This document shows positions 40,992 through 50,062 of a stretch of 64,000 nt of DNA, piece by piece. The stretch lies in the NCBI GenBank assembly GCA_016713865.1, contig JADJOG010000001.1:2274-66273 (forward strand), written 5' to 3'. Under the pieces are notes generated by a model. The model ran no database searches. It was not told the origin of the DNA and worked only from the letters and a program-made list of their open reading frames with translations. The stretch comes from Flavobacteriales bacterium (GTDB lineage Bacteria > Bacteroidota > Bacteroidia > Flavobacteriales_F > PHOS-HE28). The position numbers and the translations under genes were made by a program. Numbering within the stretch: position 1 is the stretch's first letter; each line of letters starts with the position of its first letter.

Positions 40992-41612
40992 ATGTACCGT
41001 TCCTTGCATCTCCTGACCTGCTCGCTACTGATCATCCCGCTCACGAACGCAGCCTGCGCCCAGCATAGCGGCATCGGCATCAAAGGCGGCCCCTTGGCGA
41101 GCCACATGCAGTCTGCAACACTGAGCACGAACAAGATTCCCGGCGCGAGCTTGGGCATCTATGTTCCTCTGCGTGCGGGCCCGCGGATGGAACTGCAGCC
41201 TGAATTCCTGCTCACTTCATTTGGTGCCCGCTACGCCATGGCAGACGGGGGCACCAGCGCCGTTCGGACGCTCTACGCGCAAGTTCCGCTGTCCTTCAAA
41301 CTCTATCTCGGCAACATCTTCAATGGCCAAGTAGGATTGCAGATGGGGCGGCTCCTTACCGCGCAGCAATCAACCGAAGCAGGCAGAACCACTGTGACTG
41401 AGAGCTACGAGCATTGGGATTACGGTTTCATCCTGGGTGCAGGAGCGGATATGGTATCCGGCTTGGACCTGGGCCTCCGCTACTACAACGGCCTGCGCCC
41501 CGTCATGATGGACGATGATGGCTCCTACCCGCGCAACCGGGCACTCATGCTCTCAGCAGGCTATCGCGTAGGTCGCTTGCGCGCGCCCAAACTCAACCGC
41601 CGCCGTTCCTGA
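40992..41612 (+). CDS. Outer-membrane β-barrel protein of the porin/PorT-like superfamily (OMP_b-brl_2), about 206 aa.
   Basis: Signal peptide MYRSLHLLTCSLLIIPLTNAACAQ. Amphipathic β-strands. 'GLDLGLRYYNGL' is a typical terminal strand. Confidence 0.5.
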   Translation: MYRSLHLLTCSLLIIPLTNAACAQHSGIGIKGGPLASHMQSATLSTNKIPGASLGIYVPLRAGPRMELQPEFLLTSFGARYAMADGGTSAVRTLYAQVPLSFKLYLGNIFNGQVGLQMGRLLTAQQSTEAGRTTVTESYEHWDYGFILGAGADMVSGLDLGLRYYNGLRPVMMDDDGSYPRNRALMLSAGYRVGRLRAPKLNRRRS

Positions 41613-41631
41613 TCAGCCAACCCAAGCCGGG

Positions 41632-41639
41632 TATCTTCG
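41632..41639 (+). promoter_or_regulatory. Candidate -7 box TATCTTCG, 6 nt upstream of the purK ATG (leaderless-type spacing).
   Basis: TAnnTT[T/C]G motif. Confidence 0.3.
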
Positions 41640-41645
41640 CCGCCC

Positions 41646-42812
41646 ATGGCGAAGGCTCCAGTGATCGTATTGCTCGGCGGAGGCCAGCTCGGCCGCATGT
41701 ATATCGAGAACGCGCTGCGCTACACAGCAGAGGTGCATGTGCTTGATCCCGATCCAAAGGCGCCCTGCGCTCGTGTTGCCAGCCGTTTCGTTATCGGCGA
41801 TTTCCGAGATAAGGAAACCGTGCTCCGTTTTGCCGCAGATGCCGATGTGGTCGGAATCGAGATCGAGCAGGTCTCTTTGGAAGCCATGGAAGAACTCAAG
41901 AAGCAAGGCAAACGGGTGATACCCGACCCCAGCGTACTGCGCATCATTCAGGACAAGGGCTTGCAGAAACAGTTCTATGCCGACCATGGCATCCCCACAT
42001 CGCCATTCGCATTGATCGAGAAGCGCACGGAGATCGCCGCGCACGCGCATTTGTTGCCTGCTTTCCTGAAAACCCGCACCGGTGGCTACGACGGTCGCGG
42101 CGTGATGCCCATTGATGCTGTGTCGGATGCGGAGAGCGCATTCGATGGACCCTGCGTGCTGGAAGAGCGCGCGAGCATCGCCCTAGAGCTCGCCGTGCTT
42201 GTTGCCCGCGCCGCTAACGGAACTGAGGTGGCCTATGACCCCGTGGAGATGGTCTTCGACCCGAAGCTGAACCTGGTGGATCACTTGCGTGCACCGGCCC
42301 GGATTCCGCAGCATGTGGCCGATGCCGCAAAGCGCTTGGCGAGGCGCGTGACCAGCGCTTTCGGCGAACCGGGGCTTTACGCCGTGGAGATGTTCCTGAC
42401 GAAGGACGATGAGCTGCTGGTGAACGAGACCGCACCGCGCGCGCACAACAGCGGCCATCACACCATCGAAGCCTGCGCGAGCTCGCAGTTCGACCAACTG
42501 CTGCGCATCCATTGCGATTGGCCGCTGGGCGATGCAGCACTGCGCTCGAAGGCCGCCATGATAAATCTGGTCGGCGAAGGAGGCACCGGCTCACCCGAAT
42601 TGATCGGTGCCGATGACATCCTGCACTTGCCCGACACCTTCATCCATCTCTATGGCAAGCACGAGACGCGCGATGGACGCAAGATGGGCCACGTGACGGT
42701 GCTCTCCGCAACGGACCTCGGCATCGATCAGGCCATCGCGGTAACAAAGGTCCATTGCCGTGTGGAACCCATGCGAGCGAAGCAGCGTGAACAACAGACG
42801 AACAACAACTAA
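41646..42812 (+). CDS. purK: N5-carboxyaminoimidazole ribonucleotide synthase, 388 aa.
   Basis: [23 protein letters not shown]... with an ATP-grasp fold, immediately followed by purE. Confidence 0.85.
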   Translation: MAKAPVIVLLGGGQLGRMYIENALRYTAEVHVLDPDPKAPCARVASRFVIGDFRDKETVLRFAADADVVGIEIEQVSLEAMEELKKQGKRVIPDPSVLRIIQDKGLQKQFYADHGIPTSPFALIEKRTEIAAHAHLLPAFLKTRTGGYDGRGVMPIDAVSDAESAFDGPCVLEERASIALELAVLVARAANGTEVAYDPVEMVFDPKLNLVDHLRAPARIPQHVADAAKRLARRVTSAFGEPGLYAVEMFLTKDDELLVNETAPRAHNSGHHTIEACASSQFDQLLRIHCDWPLGDAALRSKAAMINLVGEGGTGSPELIGADDILHLPDTFIHLYGKHETRDGRKMGHVTVLSATDLGIDQAIAVTKVHCRVEPMRAKQREQQTNNN

Positions 42813-42816
42813 GCAC

Positions 42817-43320
42817 ATGGTCGGCATCATCATGGGAAGTCGCAGCGATCTGGAGATCATGCGCGAAGCCTTGGACACGATGAAGGAATTCGGCGTGGAG
42901 CATGAGCTCACTGTGGTGAGCGCGCACCGCACACCCGACCGCATGTTCGCTTACGCGAAGGGCGCGGCAGCACGCGGTGTGAAAGTGATCATTGCCGGTG
43001 CTGGAGGCGCGGCGCACTTGCCGGGGATGGTGGCTTCGCTCACCACACTGCCGGTGATCGGCGTGCCCATCAAGAGCCGCAACAGCATCGATGGATGGGA
43101 TTCGCTGCTGAGCATCGTGCAGATGCCATCCGGCGTGCCAGTAGCAACCGTGGCCGTGAATGGCGCACGCAATGCGGGCCTGCTCGCCGTGCAGATCCTG
43201 GCCATCCACAATGAGAAACTCGCCGCCAAGCTCGATGCCTTCAAAGGTGAGCAGGAAGACAAGGTGCGCGACGGCATCGCTGCGCTGAAGCAGCAGTTCC
43301 CGAACGGCTTCGATCAATGA
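42817..43320 (+). CDS. purE: N5-CAIR mutase (PurE class I), 167 aa.
   Basis: [84 protein letters not shown]. The start was trimmed from the ORF-track 42760. Confidence 0.9.
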   Translation: MVGIIMGSRSDLEIMREALDTMKEFGVEHELTVVSAHRTPDRMFAYAKGAAARGVKVIIAGAGGAAHLPGMVASLTTLPVIGVPIKSRNSIDGWDSLLSIVQMPSGVPVATVAVNGARNAGLLAVQILAIHNEKLAAKLDAFKGEQEDKVRDGIAALKQQFPNGFDQ

Positions 43321-43742
43321 TGCATGCTGCAGGGAGGCCTTACCGGGTGCATACGCTCCGGATGCTCCCCGGCGATGATGTGCGCCTCTCGCTTCAATCC
43401 TGGTGCGAGCAGAATGGCATTGAGGCCGCTGCCATCGTGAGCGCCGTTGGCAGCCTGAGCCATGCGCGCATCCGCTTCGGTGGCAAGCAGGATGGCGCCC
43501 TTGTCGAAGGCGATCTTGAAGTGTGCGCGCTTAGTGGAACGCTTTCCAAACACGGCATGCACGTTCATCTGGCCGTTGCTGATGGTGATGGCCGCATGAC
43601 CGGCGGGCACATGCTGCAAGGCTGCTTAGTGCGCACCACATTGGAAGTAGTTATCCAGGAGATCGGTGGCGTGCGATTCGCGCGAAGGCCCGATGAGCGC
43701 ACGGGCTACGACGAGCTCTTCCCAGAAGAAATCAAGCCTTAG
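43317..43742 (+). CDS. PPC/DUF296 domain protein (predicted DNA-binding PCC-type), 141 aa.
   Basis: ORF track. ATGA overlap with the purE stop. The pattern '[45 protein letters not shown]' is typical of DUF296. Confidence 0.55.
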   Translation: MMHAAGRPYRVHTLRMLPGDDVRLSLQSWCEQNGIEAAAIVSAVGSLSHARIRFGGKQDGALVEGDLEVCALSGTLSKHGMHVHLAVADGDGRMTGGHMLQGCLVRTTLEVVIQEIGGVRFARRPDERTGYDELFPEEIKP

Positions 43743-43748
43743 CAGGCG

Positions 43749-44366
43749 CTAGGGCAGCACTTCCATCATTGTGCGGTACGCGATGATGTACGGATAGATC
43801 TCATCCACATCGGCGTTCCTCAGCGCGATGCAGCCCCAGGTCCAGTCGGCGCCGGTATCGATCCAATGGTCCATGCCGTCAGGCACGCCGTGTATGCCGA
43901 TCTCGCCGCCAATGTCCTTGCCGCGCGGGATCAGGCCCTTCGCCTTGCGCTCGTTGTATCGTTTCCAGCTCTCGGCATTCGGGTAGTCCACCCAGATGAA
44001 TTTGTGCCATTGCGCATGCACGCGCTTGCTGCGGAAGGTGAATTTGCCTTCGGGCGTCTTGCGATCGCCTTGGTGGAACTTATCGCCAACAGGCACCTCT
44101 CCCAGCACGCACGGGTACGACTTCAGCACTCGGCCCTGCGCCACCACCTCGAATCGCCGCTTCGACTTATGCGCCTTGAAGCCGATGGACTTCGCATCGA
44201 TCTTCAAGGAATCGATGATGGCAGCCAAGGGCTTGATCGCCGGAGCCGGAACCGTGGCTTCAGCAATGGCCGCTTCGTCCGTGCGCCCGGTGGAGGGCTG
44301 GCAGCAAGCGGATAGGGTAAGAAGGACGAGCAGTGGGGCGGCGCAGCGAATCATGTTCATGCACAA
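43749..44366 (-). CDS. L,D-transpeptidase (YkuD/ErfK domain) lipoprotein, about 200 aa.
   Basis: Lipobox LLTLSACC. 'EIGIHGVPDGMDHWIDTGADWTWGCIALRNADVDEIY' contains the catalytic H...C of the YkuD fold. The ORF-track first codon is TTG; the likely ATG is at MNMIR. Confidence 0.75.
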   Translation of the reverse strand: MCMNMIRCAAPLLVLLTLSACCQPSTGRTDEAAIAEATVPAPAIKPLAAIIDSLKIDAKSIGFKAHKSKRRFEVVAQGRVLKSYPCVLGEVPVGDKFHQGDRKTPEGKFTFRSKRVHAQWHKFIWVDYPNAESWKRYNERKAKGLIPRGKDIGGEIGIHGVPDGMDHWIDTGADWTWGCIALRNADVDEIYPYIIAYRTMMEVLP

Positions 44367-44396
44367 CGCAATGCGCCGCCCCTTCCCGCGTAAAGG

Positions 44397-44981
44397 CTAC
44401 AGCACAGTGTAGGGAATCTCCACAGCGATGTCGGTCTCACCGCCCGCGTTGGTGATATCGCCAGCGCTCACGCCGGCCGCGCTCTTGTTGGGCTCGTGGC
44501 GGAGGATGATGGTGAGATTGCCCGATCCAGCCGCAGTGGTGGTCCAAACGGTGGCCAATCCGATGGGCAAGCCATTGGAGTCGGCATCGGCGTAGGAACT
44601 CCAGGTGAGCGAGCCGCCCGTGGTGGCGAAGAAGAATTGATGCGCTGCCGCTTCGGCAGCCACCTCGTTGCTGATGGTATCTGCGGGCGTTACGCTCTCA
44701 TTGAGCAGCAGCAAGCTCACCGCGTAGGTGGCGCCAGGCTGCAATTCACCACCCGTGATCACGGGCGCATTGCCGCCATCACCGTCGATATCCCTCCAAC
44801 TGAACTCGACCACATCATTGGTGACCGAATGAGTGAAGTAGGCCCGCACCGTGGTGATGAGCTCCTCTTCGTTGTGGTTGTGGCCGTGGTCGTGGTCATC
44901 GTCTTCCTTGTCCTTCTTGCAGGACGCGAGTGCGAAAACGGCGAGGAGCGAGAGCGTGAGAAGTTTCGAGCTGATCGTCAT
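44397..44981 (-). CDS. His-rich lipoprotein (194 aa), probably metal-binding. It is encoded immediately downstream of the TonB-dependent receptor.
   Basis: MTISSKLLTLSLLAVFALASCKKDKEDDDHDHGHNHNEEE..., followed by two β-rich half-repeats. The start was trimmed from ORF-track 45401 to the signal-peptide Met. Confidence 0.55.
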   Translation of the reverse strand: MTISSKLLTLSLLAVFALASCKKDKEDDDHDHGHNHNEEELITTVRAYFTHSVTNDVVEFSWRDIDGDGGNAPVITGGELQPGATYAVSLLLLNESVTPADTISNEVAAEAAAHQFFFATTGGSLTWSSYADADSNGLPIGLATVWTTTAAGSGNLTIILRHEPNKSAAGVSAGDITNAGGETDIAVEIPYTVL

Positions 44982-45015
44982 TGTGAGTTGTGGTTCGTTG
45001 TTGTGAGAGTTCTGT

Positions 45016-47427
45016 TCAGCCTGCATCGTGCAGGCGTTTCTCGGCAAAACGGCCGAACGCGTAGCGCACACTGAGCACGATGTCCGTGCCGCGCGCATCG
45101 GTGAAGTAGCGGAATCTGTCCAGGTAGTCCCTGTATGCGGTGTTGAAGAGGTTGTTGGCTTGAAGGCCGATGCGCAATTCACCTTTCCCGAGCGTGCGCG
45201 ACGCAGAAGCGGAAAGGGCGAAGAGGTGATAAGTGGAAGGCGGCGGCGCGAAATCGAGCCCCTCGGGAATGCGGCGCTGCTCGAATACGGCCTGATGCGT
45301 GGCACCGGCCTCGAAGGCCCGCCACTTGCCACCTGAAGCCGTGCGGAACAGGAGACCATTCTCCAGCCGATCGGCGGGCATGAGGAAGAGCCATTCATCA
45401 CGGCGCTGATCGCGAGCGTGTACCGTGCTGCCGCGCATGCGCCATGCGAACCGCTTGCTCAACTTCAGCGTGGCCGAAGCATCCAAGCCGCCCATGAGTG
45501 CATCGGTGGCCGTATAGCGGAACACCGGGAAAGCACCACGGATGGTGAGCCGTGTGCCATCGGGACGCAGGTAGATGAAGCCCTTAATGCGGCTCGCATG
45601 CACCGTGGCATCGATCCGCAGGCGACCACCGAAGAGCGCAGCTTCCGCATCCAAGGTGGCTTTCAGCGAACGCTCGCTGCCGAGCAATGCATCGCCTTCC
45701 TCGATCGCCGCCGCACTATGATGCAAGCCTTCGCTGTAAAGTTCGCTCACATGCGGCGGGCGGAAAGCACTAGCCAGTCCAAGGCGAAGCCTCGCGCTAT
45801 CACTCAATTGATAGCTCGCGCCAAGAGCGAACGCCGCATTCGTGAAGCGATGTTCCGGTGCTTGCAGCTGGCCTTCGCGATCGAAGCGGCGCACATGGAG
45901 CAAGGTGCCCTCGGCACGCGCGCCGGCCTCCAACTCGAGCCGCTCTCCTACCGGCATGTGCTCGATGATGAAAGCGCCGATGCTCTCCTTGCGGAAGTCG
46001 GGAATCAGCGGCCGCACACCAGTGCCGGGGATGTTGGTGTTCTCCTGCGCGAGCGCCGTAACGCCGACTTTGCCGTGCACATGCTCGCCGATCCAATGCT
46101 TCAGCACGGCTTCGGCGGTGTGCGTGGCCAACCAGAGGTCGAGCGCTGGTGTGGCGCTTCGTCCGGCGCGGCGTATGTCGTACTCCTGCCGGTCGTTGGC
46201 TTGGTAGCCATAGTTCACCTCCAACCTGTTCCGATCGGTAAGCGCGATGCTGCCTTGCACGCGGAGCAAATGGTGCGTCACGGTCTGGCGCGGTGCATCG
46301 ATCGCGTAGCTGAAAGGCGCGGTGTACCATGGCTCGCCGCTCTCGATGGCGCGTTGCAGATCGGTGGTGCTGCCGATGTGCGCGGCGCGCAGGATGCCCA
46401 GTTCGCGCGTGAAGCGGCTGTAGAAAACGCTCGCGCCCCGGCGATGATCGCGATAGCCGACTGAAGCACTGCCGCTCCATTCGCGCTGGCCGGTATTGCT
46501 CAAGGTGTAGCGCGCTGCTTCGCTATCGCCCAAGTACCTGCCACTGCCCTGCACGCGCCAACCGAGGCCAGTGATACCCTTCACGCCACCCTCGAGCAAA
46601 CCGCTTCCACCGCCGCCGCGACCATTCCATTGACCCAAGCCGCGCAGTTCACCGCTGATGCCAGCCGTACGCGGCAGCTCCACCGGTTCCACGATCACAG
46701 CCCCGCCGATGGCATCGCTGCCGTACTGCACGCTGGCCGCGCCCTTCACCACGGTGATGCGATCGGCGCTGAGCGGATCAAGGCTGGGCGCATGCTCGCT
46801 GCCCCACTGCTGGTCCTCCTGCCGGATGCCTTGGTTGAGGATGAGCACTCGATTGCCGCTGAGGCCGTGGATCACAGGCTTGCCGATGCTGGGACCTGTG
46901 GCCAGCACCGTGACACCCGGCACGCGCGCGAGCAGATCTGCGATCCCGGTTCCAGCGGCCCGCTCCATATCCTCTCGATCAACGCTCTTGGCTGGTTGGC
47001 CTACCTGTTCATCGGGCCGCGCCTGGATCACCTCCAATTCGCGCAGTTCCTCGGCATGGTGCTCCAGTTTGAAATCGATCGTGGTTGATGAGGTGAGCCG
47101 CACTTCGCGCGTCACGGGTTCGCAGCCCAAGTGGTGTACACGCACCTGATAGGTGCCGGGGCAAAGTCCTTCGATGCGGTAGTGTCCTTGATCATTGGTC
47201 ACGGCACCTTTACCGAGTGAGGTGATGAATACCTCGGCATATGCCAATGGCTGCATATCGTGCTCATCAATCACACGACCGCTGAGCTCGAAATCGCACG
47301 ACTGGGCGCTAGACCAAGCAGCAATCACGACGGCGAATGCAGAAAGCAGGAAACGAGTGGCTTGCAATGGAAGTGAATGACCAGATGAATGACAGTGGCA
47401 TGGCGTAGCGCCATGTAGCCGCGACAA
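45016..47427 (-). CDS. TonB-dependent outer-membrane receptor with an N-terminal CarboxypepD_reg-like domain, about 800 aa.
   Basis: 'SGRVIDEHDMQPLAYAEVFITSLGKGAVTNDQGHYRIEGLCPGTYQVRV' (carboxypeptidase-regulatory fold), a plug region 'VIQARPDEQVGQPAKSVDREDMERAAGTGIADLLARVPGV' and a 22-strand barrel. No ATG gives a good N-terminus; a TTG at 47367 or the ORF-track TTG at 47427 are candidates. A local indel is possible. Confidence 0.75.
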   Translation of the reverse strand: MSRLHGATPCHCHSSGHSLPLQATRFLLSAFAVVIAAWSSAQSCDFELSGRVIDEHDMQPLAYAEVFITSLGKGAVTNDQGHYRIEGLCPGTYQVRVHHLGCEPVTREVRLTSSTTIDFKLEHHAEELRELEVIQARPDEQVGQPAKSVDREDMERAAGTGIADLLARVPGVTVLATGPSIGKPVIHGLSGNRVLILNQGIRQEDQQWGSEHAPSLDPLSADRITVVKGAASVQYGSDAIGGAVIVEPVELPRTAGISGELRGLGQWNGRGGGGSGLLEGGVKGITGLGWRVQGSGRYLGDSEAARYTLSNTGQREWSGSASVGYRDHRRGASVFYSRFTRELGILRAAHIGSTTDLQRAIESGEPWYTAPFSYAIDAPRQTVTHHLLRVQGSIALTDRNRLEVNYGYQANDRQEYDIRRAGRSATPALDLWLATHTAEAVLKHWIGEHVHGKVGVTALAQENTNIPGTGVRPLIPDFRKESIGAFIIEHMPVGERLELEAGARAEGTLLHVRRFDREGQLQAPEHRFTNAAFALGASYQLSDSARLRLGLASAFRPPHVSELYSEGLHHSAAAIEEGDALLGSERSLKATLDAEAALFGGRLRIDATVHASRIKGFIYLRPDGTRLTIRGAFPVFRYTATDALMGGLDASATLKLSKRFAWRMRGSTVHARDQRRDEWLFLMPADRLENGLLFRTASGGKWRAFEAGATHQAVFEQRRIPEGLDFAPPPSTYHLFALSASASRTLGKGELRIGLQANNLFNTAYRDYLDRFRYFTDARGTDIVLSVRYAFGRFAEKRLHDAG

Positions 47428-47801
47428 GCTCAGGCTTGCCCAGCGGAACAGTCACATCAACATTGCGGAGGTCCGCGAGCCAAATGCGCCTGGCGAACGG
47501 CGCGGAGCAGGATGATCTCCCCTTCAACCCAGGCGACCTGAATCCAAACGGGAACAGTTGGGACCAAGCGGGCCTCTTCTGGCAGGAAGGGTGTGGCCTG
47601 AAGCCCGCACAGCAGGCAAGCTTCCTCGACCGATAAGCAGTTCGGCCCGTCGGCCTCGTGGCCCGGGTGGCACTCGTGCGGGAACACCACGCATGGCCAG
47701 CACCAAGGCTATCGCCGAGCCCAGAAGGCCCAGCATCCTGCCGATGGAGGTTCCGGCTCGCATGGGGCGAAAGTATGCGCTGCGCGAGCCGACGGCCTAG
47801 C

Positions 47802-47809
47802 TATTTTCG
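47802..47809 (+). promoter_or_regulatory. Candidate -7 box TATTTTCG, 19 nt upstream of the BNR-repeat gene ATG.
   Basis: TAnnTT[T/C]G motif with 19-nt spacing. Confidence 0.4.
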
Positions 47810-47828
47810 CCGCCCTACGCTACAGCCC

Positions 47829-49067
47829 ATGACCCGCACACTACCCCTGCTCACGCTCACCTCGCTGCTCTGCCTAACAACCGCGAAGGCCCAATGGAAC
47901 GTCTTCGATCATCCGGGCTACACCTCGATCTACAGCATCACATCCGGCCCCGGCGCGCTGTACATGGTCGCGTATCCGAATGGCGTGATCAAGAGCACCG
48001 ACGGCGGCAACTCCTGGAATCCGGCGAACAATGGATTGCCAGCTGGGACAGCGGTCGAGTCGGTCTATTACAACAACAGCGTGCTCTTGGCCGGGACTCA
48101 TAGCGGCGTGTATCGCTCAACCGACGCGGGGGCCACTTGGGTCTTGTCGAACAGCGGCCTGCCCGCAACCAATACCTCGAACTTCGTGAACAAGTTCTTC
48201 CACTACGGCACTGCCACCTTCGCGGTTTACTCCGGCGCCGTCGGTGCGAATACGGGTGGTGTTTGGCGCAGCACGGACAATGGGCAGAGCTGGTTCAGCG
48301 GCAATGGTGGATTGCAATCGAACATGACCGTTTACCAGATCGCTGACATCAATAGCCGCCTCTGGGCCGCCACCAACAACGGGTTGGCATCGACCACCAA
48401 CCTTGCTGTGAGTTGGAACACCGATGCTGCTTCGAACTTCGCTTGCTATGGAGTGCAAGGCAATGCCTCGCGCATGGTGGTGATCTCCTCGTTCGGCTAC
48501 CGCTACCGCACCCACAATATCGGCAACGGCAGCTATGGGGCTTGGACCAATGGAACGGGAGCTCCTGCCAACCCGACCAGTGGCGAACTGATCCTCTACG
48601 ATGGAAAATACTGGGCGATCACCAATCAATCGCCGAGCACCGTGCTCCGCTCAACGGACAACGGATCCACGTGGAGCACCTATGCCACCGGCATCTCCGG
48701 CTTCGATGCGATCACGCAATACGAATTCCACGCGAGCGGCACTTCGCTCTACTTGGGCACGCTGATGCATCTGTACAGCCATACCGGCACCACGCTGGGC
48801 GCACAGGATGAGGCCAGCATGAATCTGCCTGCGCCGTATCCTACCGTCTTCAACGACCGCTTCATGATCGACCTCAGCCTCGCGCCGGCCGGTTCGCAGG
48901 TCGTACTGTTCGATGCGACAGGCCGCGAAGTGAGCCGCAACGGCAATCTGCCCAACGGCCCGGCACAGATCGAGCGCAATGGCCTGCCTGCTGGCACTTA
49001 TCGCGTGATGCTGATCAGCAGCAACGGCGCGCAGCGGTCGCTTTTGGGCGCCGTGGTGGCCCAATGA
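47829..49067 (+). CDS. BNR/Asp-box repeat protein (Ycf48/sortilin-like β-propeller) with a T9SS type-A C-terminal sorting domain, 412 aa.
   Basis: Signal peptide MTRTLPLLTLTSLLCLTTAKAQ. Asp-box repeats 'STDGGNSW', 'STDAGATW', 'STDNGQSW', 'STDNGSTW'. The C-terminus is 'YPTVFNDRFMIDLSLAP...AVVAQ'. Confidence 0.7.
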   Translation: MTRTLPLLTLTSLLCLTTAKAQWNVFDHPGYTSIYSITSGPGALYMVAYPNGVIKSTDGGNSWNPANNGLPAGTAVESVYYNNSVLLAGTHSGVYRSTDAGATWVLSNSGLPATNTSNFVNKFFHYGTATFAVYSGAVGANTGGVWRSTDNGQSWFSGNGGLQSNMTVYQIADINSRLWAATNNGLASTTNLAVSWNTDAASNFACYGVQGNASRMVVISSFGYRYRTHNIGNGSYGAWTNGTGAPANPTSGELILYDGKYWAITNQSPSTVLRSTDNGSTWSTYATGISGFDAITQYEFHASGTSLYLGTLMHLYSHTGTTLGAQDEASMNLPAPYPTVFNDRFMIDLSLAPAGSQVVLFDATGREVSRNGNLPNGPAQIERNGLPAGTYRVMLISSNGAQRSLLGAVVAQ

Positions 49068-50050
49068 GCACAAGCCCGGGCATCGGGCATATCGGGGTAT
49101 TCACCTCCGGTGGCGATAGCCCCGGCATGAATGCGGCGCTGCGAGCAGTGGCGCGCACAGCCGCGCATCGCGGGGTGCGATGCACCGGAATCATCGGCGG
49201 CTACGATGGAATGATCCGGGGCAATGTCACGGATCTGGGTCCGCGCGCGGTGAGCAACATCATCCAGCGGGGCGGCACCATCCTTCGGTCCGCTCGGAGC
49301 GAGGAGTTCCGTACGAAAGAGGGTCGCGCGAAAGCGGCGGCGAACCTGCAGGCCATGGGCATCGATGCGCTCGTGGCTATTGGCGGCGATGGCACATTCA
49401 CCGGCGCACGGCTGCTCTTCGAGGAGCATGGCGTGCATGTGATCGGATTGCCCGGGACGATAGACAATGACCTATCGGGAACCGACCGCACCATCGGATT
49501 CGACACAGCAGTGAACACGGCGGTGGAAGCCATTGATAAGCTACGCGATACGGCCGCCTCGCACGACCGCCTCTTCTTCGTGGAGGTGATGGGCCGCGAT
49601 TCCGGCTTCATCGCCCTTGCCTGCGCGATTGCCGCCGGCGCCGAATACGTGATGCTGCCGGAAGTGGCTCAACGGATCGATGAGCTCGTTGATGCATTGG
49701 CGCAGGCCAAGCAGACCAAGAGCAGCAGCATCGTGGTGGTAGCCGAAGGCGATGAGGAAGGCGGTGCGCTGGAGATCGCGCACAAGGTGAAGTCGCGCTT
49801 GCCGCAATACGACATGCGCGTGACCGTGCTCGGGCATCTGCAGCGTGGTGGATCGCCCACCGTGCTCGATCGCGTAATGGCGAGCCGGATGGGCGCGGCC
49901 GCCATTGATCACCTGCTGCGCGGCGCGCACGATGCAATGGTGGGCGAGGTCTGCGGAACCATCTGCCTGACACCCTTCGCCGAGGCGATCGGACGGAGGA
50001 AAACCCTGCCGCCTGACCTGCTTGATCTATTACCCGTGTTAGCAACCTGA
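49064..50050 (+). CDS. pfkA: ATP-dependent 6-phosphofructokinase, 328 aa.
   Basis: 'IGVFTSGGDSPGMNAALRAVAR', 'GGDGTFTGA' and 'PGTIDNDL' are the classic PFK-A motifs. ATGA overlap with the upstream gene. Confidence 0.9.
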   Translation: MSTSPGIGHIGVFTSGGDSPGMNAALRAVARTAAHRGVRCTGIIGGYDGMIRGNVTDLGPRAVSNIIQRGGTILRSARSEEFRTKEGRAKAAANLQAMGIDALVAIGGDGTFTGARLLFEEHGVHVIGLPGTIDNDLSGTDRTIGFDTAVNTAVEAIDKLRDTAASHDRLFFVEVMGRDSGFIALACAIAAGAEYVMLPEVAQRIDELVDALAQAKQTKSSSIVVVAEGDEEGGALEIAHKVKSRLPQYDMRVTVLGHLQRGGSPTVLDRVMASRMGAAAIDHLLRGAHDAMVGEVCGTICLTPFAEAIGRRKTLPPDLLDLLPVLAT

Positions 50051-50062
50051 GTCCGGGCAACC

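Noticed and set aside
47428-47828. 400-bp divergent intergenic region between the TonB receptor and the BNR gene, scanned for a small gene or ncRNA.
   Set aside because: Only short antisense-type ORFs with no features. No conserved structure recognisable by eye. The length is probably inflated by the unresolved receptor start codon.
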